Source: Epiperipatus broadwayi
Lineage: Eukaryota > Animalia > Onychophora
Direction of reading: 5' to 3'
Assembly: GCA_028023455.1 (NCBI GenBank)
Contig: JAQFVV010000005.1
Span: 6,758,001 to 6,822,000, forward strand
DNA: 64,000 bases
The position numbers were made by a program, and so were the translations under genes. Numbering within the stretch: the first letter of the stretch is position 1; each line of letters opens with the position of its first letter. Below, one piece after another: positions 51,173 to 62,210 of the stretch. Under the pieces are notes generated by a model. The model was not told where the DNA came from. It searched no databases and saw only the letters and a program-made list of their open reading frames with translations.

Positions 51173-52786
51173 ATGAAAGAACATACAGGGGAAAGTATTT
51201 TCCGCTGCAGTTTTTGTGATTATGAAGCCACTGAGAAAACACATTTAGATGTACATGAAAGTAAACATACAATTGAAAAACGATTTCATTGTAATATGTG
51301 TGAGTACAAAACTGTAAAGAAAAATAATTTAAAAAGGCATGAAAGAACACATACCGGAGAAAAGCCATTTCATTGTAACTTGTGTGATTATAAGGCCACT
51401 AGAAAAGCACATTTAAAAATTCATCAATATTCTCACACCGGAGAAAAACAATTTAACTGTAATTTTTGCAATTACAAAACTGCTTATAAAACATGCTTCA
51501 AAATGCATGAACAAACACATACTGGAAAAAACCTTTTTCATTGTAGCTTTTGCCATTACAAAACTGTTTATAAAACATGTTTTAAAATGCATGAGAGAAC
51601 GCATACAGGAGAAAAGCCATTTCAGTGTAGCTTTTGTGATTATAAGGCCACTAGAAAAGCCCATTTAAAAATTCATCAATATTCTCACACAGGTGTTAAA
51701 CCATTTCACTGTAATTTTTGTGATTACAAAACTGCAGTGGAAATTAGTTTAAAAAGCCATGAAAGAACCCATACAGGAGAAAAGCCTTTCTGCTGCAGCT
51801 TTTGTGATTACAAAGCTTGTGAGAAAGCACAAATAACAGTACATGAAAGAAGACATACAGGAGAAAAACCATTCCAGTGCAACTTATGTGATTACAAGGC
51901 CATTGTAAAAAGTCAACTAGAACTTCATGAATATTCTCATACTGGTGAAAAACCACTTAAGTGTAATTTTTGTGATTACAAAACTGCAACTAAATGCAAT
52001 TTAAAACATCATGAAAAAACACATAAAGGGGACCAACCATTTCAACATAGCTTTTGTAATTACAAAGCTGCTGGGAAAACTTCATTAAAGTTACACAAAA
52101 GTACACATGTAGGTCAAATAGCATTTCATTGTCGTTTTTGTGAATACAAAACTGCAGGGAAAAGTAATTTAAAAAAGCATGAAAAAATACATTCACGAGA
52201 AAAAACATTTCAGTGTAACATTTGTGATTACAAAAGTGCAGCAAAAGATAGTTTAAAATTGCATAAAAGAATACATACAGGTGAAAAACCTTTCCATTGT
52301 AGCATTTGTGATTATAAGGCTTCTGACAAAACACTCTTAAAAATACATGAAAGAAGACATACAAGAGCAGAAACATTTCAATGCAGTTTATGTGATTACA
52401 AGGCCAGTGAAAAAACCCAGTTAAAAATTCATGAATATTCTCATACAGATGTAAAGCTTTTTTATTGTAATAAAACTGCAGACAAAAGATCTTTGAAAAA
52501 GCACCAAAGAACACCTACTGTAGAAACTCCTTACCAGTACAATTTATGTGATTATAAAGTTGTTTCTCAGAGTGGTTTGATAAATTATAATCATGTAAAT
52601 TATTCTGTAAACTTAAAATGGAATAAGCAAGAAATGAAATGTGTAATAAAAGATAATCCAAATAGTGGAATGTTTAGATGTCATTTATGTGATTACAAAG
52701 TTGATGAAAACACTGTTTTGAGAAATCATGAAGCTAATCATTTCACTGATTATGACATTGTTGAATTCCTTATACAACTGATATGA
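51173..52786 (+). CDS. Tandem C2H2 zinc-finger protein (14 intact array fingers, 3 broken, 1 isolated C-terminal finger)
   Basis: Repeated C-x2-C...H-x3-H with TGEKPF linkers; ends ...HEANHFTDYDIVEFLIQLI*; a frameshifted finger lies at 51087-51185, so the true start is uncertain. Confidence 0.85.
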   Translation: MKEHTGESIFRCSFCDYEATEKTHLDVHESKHTIEKRFHCNMCEYKTVKKNNLKRHERTHTGEKPFHCNLCDYKATRKAHLKIHQYSHTGEKQFNCNFCNYKTAYKTCFKMHEQTHTGKNLFHCSFCHYKTVYKTCFKMHERTHTGEKPFQCSFCDYKATRKAHLKIHQYSHTGVKPFHCNFCDYKTAVEISLKSHERTHTGEKPFCCSFCDYKACEKAQITVHERRHTGEKPFQCNLCDYKAIVKSQLELHEYSHTGEKPLKCNFCDYKTATKCNLKHHEKTHKGDQPFQHSFCNYKAAGKTSLKLHKSTHVGQIAFHCRFCEYKTAGKSNLKKHEKIHSREKTFQCNICDYKSAAKDSLKLHKRIHTGEKPFHCSICDYKASDKTLLKIHERRHTRAETFQCSLCDYKASEKTQLKIHEYSHTDVKLFYCNKTADKRSLKKHQRTPTVETPYQYNLCDYKVVSQSGLINYNHVNYSVNLKWNKQEMKCVIKDNPNSGMFRCHLCDYKVDENTVLRNHEANHFTDYDIVEFLIQLI

Positions 52787-54119
52787 CACAGTTGTGATTA
52801 TTTAGTGATGTTGGTAAATCTTTCAGCATTAAAAGAATACAAAAGTTCTTTATCTACCAAAAAGAAAAAAAATAGTTGATTAAAAAACTTTTTGTGTGAT
52901 ATAATTAATTTGTCTGCAAAAATCTTACATTTATTAATGTAATACGATAAACATTTTGTATGTAAGCAAGTAATTAATTAACATGACTATTTTGCAGATT
53001 CACATAATTGATTTTGAAGATGTGGAATTAGTAATTACAAAGGTAATGGTAAGAATGTGTATTTAAAATTAGATTTGAAAAAGAAGCTTCATGAATATTT
53101 AATTTTATTTCATTTTTATTATTAATTAAGAAAACAATTTTGTAAATGCAGATTTAGAAGAGAATGAAAGAGTATAAATTCAATTTTTTTAATATGTATT
53201 AGTGAAAATTAATTTTTTAATTTATTTAAAGAGATTGAAAGATTTTTTTGTACTAAGATTTGGATGGAGAATGAAGTGCTAAGTTAAAGTAAATATCTCA
53301 TTGGTTTCTACCCTAGTCCAATTGCCTAATCTCCATTCTTTATCAACTAGTTTTCAAACTGCTATTGATAAATGGAACTCTGCAAATGGATTGCTACAGA
53401 AGAAATAAGGATATAAACACCTTGTATAATTATCTTTAATGTTTTCCCTTAATGAAACTGAAAGGAAGAAAAATATTTAAAAGATGAAAAGTCTTTCCAA
53501 ATAGCAGTAAGCTGTTTTAAAGCCAAAACTTTTTTAATGCTTTGGTATGGCTTGTTATTATGAATATTCAGGATAAATAAGTGAAAAGAATATTTACAAA
53601 CTTTAAAAAAATTAAAGAATAAATCATTTTCAAACTTGTTAAAAATGATATTATTTTCTTATTCATAGAGCAACTATAAAAACATAACATTTAGACTTGA
53701 ATTATTTAGAATGCAAAATGTATAATAATCTCTAATGATAAATTCTGAATTATTTCCAAAAAAGCTATCCAGAAATAAATGAAGATAATTCTTTTTTATG
53801 TGAAAAATTAATCATGTAAAATTATAAGGAAAGTATTTGAACTTCTATTGTAGTCTTTGACAGGAAAAGCACTCAAGAAAGAAAATTCTTAAAGAGTGTT
53901 CTAATAATTTATTTTTATTACTTATTGATTGATTTATTATTTTATTTTTTCCATTAATAAATTATTTCTTTATTTACAAACTTATCAATTATTATTTCAT
54001 TCATTCACTACAGTAATAATGGAATAAAATATTTTATTTCATTAAAACACAAATTAATTATGTTAAGTTAGCATACTGCTATATTACTTTTAATAGCAAA
54101 TACAATCAAGTCATACATC

Positions 54120-54640
54120 ACAGGGCTTAACTTGATAAGCTTGTAATTATAAACTAATTATTTCTCTTGCAGCATTTATCAATAAAGCTTGTTAGAGTGA
54201 TTAGCAAGCTCATTATTTTAGTTTATAATTACAAACTTATCAAGTTAAATTACATAATATATGACTTGATTTTATTTGCTATTATAATTTTGCTTTTAAG
54301 TCTTAAGCAATGTTATATTGCTAAAGATATTTATAGTATAACTGAAAATTATTCAGGCCCACATAGCTATTTAACTTAGATAGCTGGATTTGAAGACATA
54401 GAGGTGTCTGAAATTTCAGATTTTCTACTTAATGTTTAACTATTACATAAATGCTGGCTTTGAGTTGGTATTTTGGATCTAGTGTCTGGAATAATCTAGC
54501 GCCTCACTGAAGATAACCATTAGCTTGAAACTCATTTGGGGATTGGGATGTGTCTAGATAGAGATTTTTAAATGCTTTCTATTGCAACATTTATCAATAA
54601 AGCTTAGAGCTATTAACATTCATTATTTTAGTATATTATT
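54120..54640 (+). mobile_element. Diverged relative of the ~450-bp hammerhead family
   Basis: 54501-54542 GCCTCA CTGAAGA TAACCATTAGCTT GAAA CTCA TT TGGGGA with homologous flanks; direct repeat 54169/54582 (period ~413 bp); inverted 31-mer at 54126/54219. Confidence 0.6.
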
Positions 54641-57600
54641 TTTAGGTTACATATAACACTACTAATAAAATATATGCAATTAACGCCACATACATGATCT
54701 GCATAAATAACCTTCCTCTCCTCAGCTCTGAGAACATGCTCTCTGATGTATTATGTCTGGAATATATAGTAGCTAAACCAAAAAAGAATAGTTGTATAAA
54801 GAATAGGTTCTAGGTAAATAATTTCTAGTCTCATTTTACTTGCATATTCTACTTCTGCTGTTATTGAAGAGAGTTACCATTACATAATTTAGTGCTGACA
54901 ATGTGGTGGCATCAAATATTCTGAAAAAGAAGCAACAATGTCTACATAAAATGGGTGAACAATGTTGAAAGCTTTGAATATATTTGAATAAAGAGGAATG
55001 TGTTAAGTATATATATATGCATAAAATGAAAGAATTCTTTTTGAATTAAATAAATAAAAGTAAAAAGCAGGATTAAAGTTGAATGAGGGAACATGTGGAT
55101 GGTGGGTGGAACTGATGTTGTTATTAATTGACAGAACAAAAGGAAAAAGAATAATAAATTGAAAAATAAAAAATTATATTGAGACTATTGTTAGCAAGGT
55201 TAAAGAAGAAAAACAAGTATGTAATCACTTGATACTGGAAAAGGTCAAACAATAGAGACTGAGACAGTGATAGGAGAGAATAGCTCAGATGTGCAAAGGC
55301 CTGTGGAGCAAAAGCCAGCAGCAGCCACACTTATATTGGAAATCTTCCTATCAGCAAAGAATCAAATGAAAGAAGATAATATTAGAAGCGATTAACAAAT
55401 GAAAGAAGATAATGATAGAAGAAATAAAGAAGATAATGATGAAAGAAGTAATAAAATGAAAGAAAAAATGCTAGCAGCAATAAACCAAAATCAATAACAA
55501 ATGAAGATAGAAATTAAATAAATGCAGTGAAATGAAAGGGGCTTATGTTCAAATCAATGACAGAAAAATTACAGGGAGTAGATAATATAATTACTCTGAA
55601 AGAAGACATGATCAAGCAAATAGATGAACAAGTCCTGAAGATGGAGTTCATAGAGAAAACATCTGTAGAAACTATTAGAACCTACCAAGATAATGTACAA
55701 GAATCAGTTTTAAGCCTGGGACAAAGAATACAGAGGCTGGAGGTGAAAGATAAGGCAACTTCCAAAGAAGGATTCTTCATTTAAAAAAATGGTTCTGACT
55801 ATAAATTATGTGAAAGCAGATTATAATAAACTAAAAGAGACTACAGCAATACAAAAAAGAAAACCAATGTAATGATATAATTCAAGGAAAACAAAATGAT
55901 AGTTAAAATTCAACATGGACTTGGTGAAAATATGAAAAGCATCAAACAATTTTTGAAAATAGAAACAGGTGATGCAGGAAAGATAGAGAATGAGGTTTTG
56001 ATAATTTTGAAATCTATTTTGCCCCAAATTTGCTAATTAAAAAAGGTAAGTAGTAATCATGTAACAATCTATATGAACTGGCTAAGGAATAGTGGAATTC
56101 ACTGATAATCAAACTGACTTTATCCAGAAAATAAAAAGCAGATTCTAAGCAACTTTTGATCAGAAGAAAGGCAGGAAGCAAGTTAACAAAGTAGTACAAC
56201 ATTACCAGTGAGTTTCATGAATCCCAAAGCAATGATCCAGAACTAACATAACCTCTTCAAAGGATATGTTTAAATCTAGGTTGCTAATGGCATCTTTCTG
56301 GATATTTAATAACATAATCAACCAGAACTAACAAATATTCTAGCTACATTGGGTAACATGGGTTATGTCCATATAATGAGCAGAAAATATTACTGTTTGG
56401 AGTTAACATTATTAACAATATGCTTTACACTGATATTAATGTCCCTCAATATGCTCACCACAGCTTATGATTGAGTTAATAAGCCAGTTAGAGTTGTGAC
56501 CAAGTGTGGCCTGATCATAGTAATAGATTAAGTAAATGATATCAAATTTATTCTTTAAAAAATAAGAGAACCCACTCCTGGTGGTCAAGCAGAATGCTGA
56601 ATTATTGCAATCTTCCAAAAGTTTAAAATATCTATTAATATTTCCTTGGTAAATAATCCAATAAACATTTAAAATTCATATACACTCTAAACAATGTAGA
56701 TCAGGGCATCAAATTTATTATTAAAAAGTATACATACAAAATCTACTATGAGAATTTAAATTAAAAACTGCTATTTCATGTAGTCTTAAAATATCTTTAA
56801 AAGAATAGAAATATTGACATTTTTTTAATAATATTAATTTACTAACAGAACATATCAAAAATTATTCCAAAAATAATCCTATTTTATTTTTAAAATTATA
56901 ATAAATTTTGTTATATAATTAGGAAAGAATTCAACTAAAATCTTTTAACTATAAATAGTAAAATGGCAAATCAGAGATTCCATCTCTTTTTATGGATTGC
57001 TGCTCTTCTTCTACTAACTTATTAAGATCTGTTTTCAGACTTTTGGAATTATATTAGTGGCAAGTAAGTGCAGGAACAGGAAAGATCTATCTCTGAAGGT
57101 CTCAAAATGGATCTAGGATTATTCTCGGCCTAATAGGTTTATTATTATTTGCATATGCCTTCAGATAAAATATCTGTAAATATCTTATTAATAACCAAAT
57201 GGTATCTTCCTAATAATTCTGTATACAGTATTAATATGTATGATACTTGTGTACTATACATGCAACAAAGAGAAGATAAGCCTTTTCACATTTGTATCAA
57301 TACACTGGTAACTTTTTAATGTTATTTTGGCAACCATTTACAAAGTTATAAAAATTACAAATGTATCAATGCATTGATACGAATGTGGAAAGCCCTCCTA
57401 TCTTTTCTGCATTGCAGGAATAGTACACAATATTTTAAAAAAAAGACCAAAAAATAAATATTATATGAGATATACTTCTATGAAATCTACACGTATGCAG
57501 AGGACGAAGCTTTGACACTTAATTCAATCAATTTCAAGAAATGTGTAGAAATAGTTTTTAAAAACACATACCAAAAAACAGATACACTTTTCTCAAGATT

Positions 57601-59559
57601 TACAAATTTATTGGCAGGTTGACATGAACATGCAAAAAATTTTTTTATTTATCTTAACAACTACATGTTCTCACCCCCCGAAAATAGATTGAATCAAAAA
57701 TACCGAATAAACTCCCAAATATTACTTTACAGATGCATAAAACAATCACTAAATTATAATTTTATTAAATATTTACAAAAACAAAATATACATATATGCT
57801 ACTTACACTATAACAACAGTAATTAATCGCATTCAAACAAATAAATTGAATTTTCATTTGGCCACAAAAAATTGATACAAATGTTCCCTCCAAAATGAAC
57901 ACGTGATTACAAAGGGTATCCAGATTTTCCAGAAAAATACTACGAAAGGTATTTTTTTGATTTAGAAAAACAACAAATAATTCAGACCAATAAATATAAA
58001 AGTTATTACCGCTTTTCATGCAGGTGGAAAAAATTGAATAACCAAAATTTTAAGAAACCTATCCTTTTTTTTGTAAATACACAAAACAATTCACAACAAT
58101 AAACATATATCAATTGTAAGACTTTTCTCCATGCAGGTGGAAAAAATTGTTTTATATGTTGTTAAGTCTAGAGAAAAATGTGCGGTTGTTTTTGTGCAAA
58201 CAATGCCACAATTTCAGCAAGTGTTGGGATGATATAACTCCGTGCTGCTGTTTCTTTCGCCAACCCCATAGTCTTTGGACTGTGAAGCATAGTTTCTGGA
58301 TCCACCAAATTCTAAGTATCGCCACCATAGTCCGATCTTTAACTGCCATGATCTCTCTGTATATGCTGTCAAACATCCATTGTTGAGGAAGAATTCAGCC
58401 TTGTTCATTTTTCTTTGATGAAAAAAGGCTTTCGTCAATTGTCAAATCTAAAGAACACAAAATAACAGCAATCAAGGCAGATTTAAAAAAAAAAAAAACC
58501 AAAGTTTTTGCAACTGACAAATGGGGAAGGGGTGAAGAGAGCTTGTTGTTTTTCTTCCTTGTTTATTGCAGTAAAGAATACTAGCTAGATTGGCTTAAAG
58601 ATCATTCTGATATAATTAACTGTCCCAAATTTGAACCCCAGATTGAGTACACAATAACCAAATTCAGGTTTTCTATTCGATCTGCAATATTTGAAGATAG
58701 GATTGGTGTTTACTAGAGAAGTAATATCTGGACTAATTTTTACTTGGGGAAAAAAAATTATCAAATTGTTTAACAGGAAAAATAAGAAGAAAAAAAAATT
58801 GTTTTATTATAAATAATTCTAGTTTAAAAAATAGATGTAAAATAAAAATAAACTTTTTTTTTTCGATCTCATAGACTGCAGAACTTTTTAAGACATTTTG
58901 AAAAATATTCATGATGACATTGACTTTTGGGAATTACATGAAAGGCATTTTAATATTATATTTTGCATATTTTCTATGCATATTTAAAACCTACTACAAA
59001 TCAAATTGAAATGAAAAATTTAAAGAATTCAATAAGAATATTAAAGCACGTAAACAAACATATCAAATGAATTCTTATTCTACTTCTTAAAACTTGTAAG
59101 CCATTATAAAGAGAATCATCTTTTTGACACGTTTTTCAATATACATCGCTGCAGGCTTTATTGTCTTTCAATCGCAAGATTACATGTGAAAAGGCCTCCT
59201 ATATTTTCTTCATTGCAGGAATAATAACAAAGTTTTCGTCAATTGTCAAATATAAAGAAGCCAAAATAACAGTAGTCCAATTAGATTTTGGGGAAAAAAA
59301 AGTTTTTGCAACTGACAAATATAAATAACGCAAAATAACACCAAACAAAGATTTTGAAAAAGAGAATCACGTTTTTCAATATATATCACGGGGTTTATTT
59401 TATTTCATTCGTAAGATTACAAGTGAAAAGGCCTCCTATCTTTTCTTCATTGCAGGAATAGTACACAAGTACCATGTGTATATATCGTTATTGGTTAATT
59501 ATTTATTAAATTTATCAGTGTTTATCTATTCTAAATTTGTTGTTATTCACACTAGGAGA

Positions 59560-60310
59560 TCACCTGTTTATTTACATTCATTAGAGATAGTGCATAAGTT
59601 TGCAAAGGAAAGTATTAAAATGATAAATCATAAAAAAAAATGTGAGGGACAGAAAGATAAAGGAGGCTATATTGATTAGAAGCATTAGGCCATCTCTTAA
59701 TAAGAATCAGGGTCTGAAAACATTTAATTTTGTAGGAATATTTTTGTTAATGAATAGTTATGAGATTTTAAAGAATTAGAATAAGATATAGTTTCAGAAG
59801 GTGTTCATAGAGGATGTAGAGGCGAAAAAATAAAATTTTTTTTTACAATTTTTGGAAGTTATTTCAATTATAGGAGGAGGAGAGCCGAGTGTTTTTTTAC
59901 AAGATAAAATTAGTTAAAAAAAATTAAAAATTATGAGGAAATAAAATTATAAGGATATTATGTTAATATTATTGTTATTGATTAATGTATAATATATAAG
60001 TAATTATAATAGAATAAATTAGATTAAAGGGCAAATGTAAATGATTAGAATATGAAGAAATAAATGTTAAAATATAAAATAAAATTTTATATAAAAAAAG
60101 TTAATTGAGTGTGGGATAAAGATGTTTTAGATTGTAGATATATTAAAGATCCATATTTAAGCTAATAGTTAGAGTGTTTGAAATGTGGTTTTTTATTTAT
60201 ATATGTGTGTATATACATATTGGTATATGTATAGATAGGTATTAATTGTATATGTTTAAATGTTGTAGCTCTGATGATGACTGCTGGACAGTTAAAACTG
60301 TAGGCAAGAG
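59560..60310 (+). mobile_element. Old Penelope-like 3' remnant with a decayed hammerhead
   Basis: ~59640-59720 reads RDRKIKEAILIRSIRPSLNKNQG (GIY-YIG C-terminus); 60268-60305 GCT CTGATGA T-GACTG-CTGGA-CAGTT AAAA CTG TA GGC. Confidence 0.55.
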
Positions 60311-60417
60311 GAGATAAAATAAATCATGTTAAACTGCATTGTAGAGTATCAATTAAGGTGTATATTATATATTAGATTAGGTAATACAAGTTTAATTTCA
60401 AATAAAAAGTTGGGTAA

Positions 60418-62210
60418 AAGTTCACTATAACGGTCTATGGTTGTTTGCCCTCTATTGTTTAAAATTTAAACTAAATTGCTTGAGAATCTGACATGTATGT
60501 TATTATATTACAAATAAATTAAAATTTAATCAAATGTAAAAGATAATAATAAAAAAAAAAAATTTTGAATGTTGGATTAATTACACGACATTAATTAAAA
60601 TAATTACTTTTAATTTCTTTGAAAGTTAAGATTTTAAACTGTCTACAACTTAAGAATTTAAAATAAAAAAGTATATGCTACTGTCTTACAATTACATGAA
60701 AATTTATTCAAATGTAAAAGATAATAAAAAAAACATTTACCTTTTTAAATACAATTACGTCCTATACAGACTAGGAAGTTGGAGAAAAAAGCGGTATTGC
60801 TGTATCTACTCCGGAGGGCAAATTCGTGCAGTTACGATGAAAACAAAGCTCTGCTAGTGCCACATTGGAATTTCAGCTTACGCTTTGCTCTCATCCACAT
60901 GTTTTCAATATTCTGGGTGTGTATGTCTCGGTCTTCGGGATCCAAGAAGTTTTCCTGATGGACGATAACCGAATGCAAATACACACGATTGTTGAGACTG
61001 CTGATGTTATTGTACGCAGCCCAGCCATCTGAAATAATGTGCGTACCTGGTAAAATGAACCGCTGTATCAGGCCCTCCAGTGTATCAGCCGTCCTGTCTG
61101 CCACTTCTATCAAGAAGCACTTTCTTGACGCTCTCTCTATGCCGCCAAACACCCAATGACCTGTCCGTATAGCCCCCCTGTGATATTTTCGGTGGAAATA
61201 GTAAGTTTCGTCTATTTCGACGATTAATGGCTCCCCATTGTCATCAAATCCACCGAGAACTGTCGGATTTGTGTCAAAATATTTGGCACATTCCTCCCGG
61301 CAAAAATTCGCCCAGTCAATGATAATTCTTTTGCTCATGCACAATGTGTTGTTGGGGCATATTACGCGCCCAAAAATACACGATGCTTGTAGTTGTTCCC
61401 AGAGGCAGATGACTTTTGGAAAAAGAAAGACCCCTTTCTGATTGAAATGCGATGGTGGCATATTCTGCACTGCCATCTACACTCATCTAAGCCTGTAAAA
61501 TACTTCACCAGCGCACACCGAACACCGCACTGTTGGCATAAGACGTAGTTCTTCAGAAGGAGTCTTCGTGCAAGCCATTTGATGGCCAATTCCGTAGTTT
61601 GTATGACGTCCCATAACTGGCGCATATTCCATTCTTCTGCCAGAATAGCAGCAACGCTTAAAATTTCACTATCAGGTACTAAGCATGTAGCAGACATCTT
61701 TTGTAACTATAAAACTGTACACGTATGCGTGTAATTCACGCCGTTGAACACGTCTTTTTTTTTTTGCAACATGTGCTATAAATGTAGTTATTTTAAAATC
61801 TTAAGTTGTAGACAGTGTACGCACATTATTTCAGATGGCTGGGCTGCGTACAATAACATCAGCAGTCTCCAACTTCCTAGTCTGTATAGGACGTAATTAT
61901 ATTTAAAAAGGTAAATGTTTTTTTTATTATCTTTTACATTTGAATAAATTTTCATGTAATTGTAAGACAGTAGCATATACTTTTTTATTTTAAATTCTTA
62001 AGTTGTAGACAGTTTAAAATCTTAACTTTCAAAGAAATTAAAAGTAATTATTTTAATTAATGTCGTGTAATTAATCCAACATTCAAAAGGTTTTTTTTAT
62101 TATTATTATCTTTTACATTTGATTAAATTTTAATTTATTTGTTTAAATTTTATTTAGTTTAAATTTTAAACAATAGAGGGCAAACAACCATAGACCGTTA
62201 TAGTGAACTT
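60418..62210 (-). mobile_element. Merlin (ISXO2/IS1595-related) DNA transposon with ~350-bp inverted arms
   Basis: 60418-60785 is mirrored at 61866-62210; transposase lies between the arms; no TSD seen. Confidence 0.85.
60745..61697 (-). pseudogene. Merlin/ISXO2-like DDE transposase (frameshift ~61.4 kb, premature stop at 60832)
   Basis: CQQC...WQCRIC...SIRKGSFF; VEIDET, WVFGGIER, IISDGWAAY, HTQNIENMW; read-through S*LHEFALR matches the YLxEFxxR motif. Confidence 0.85.

Noticed and set aside
51120-52514. Antisense ORFs over the ZF genes (also 737-1027), Gypsy, RTE and Merlin
   Set aside because: Shadows of repetitive or coding sequence on the other strand, with no independent motifs.
55350-56300. 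Coiled-coil-like ORF 55545-55784 and similar A-rich stretch at 45850-46700
   Set aside because: Possibly old gag/ORF1 debris, but no diagnostic motif.
58147-58438. Overlapping short ORFs in a GC-richer patch
   Set aside because: No convincing match to OTU, Merlin or other domains by eye.
60745-61697. Bacterial IS1595 insertion or contamination
   Set aside because: Eukaryotic Merlin elements share this DDE domain, and the flanks are continuous AT-rich eukaryotic DNA.
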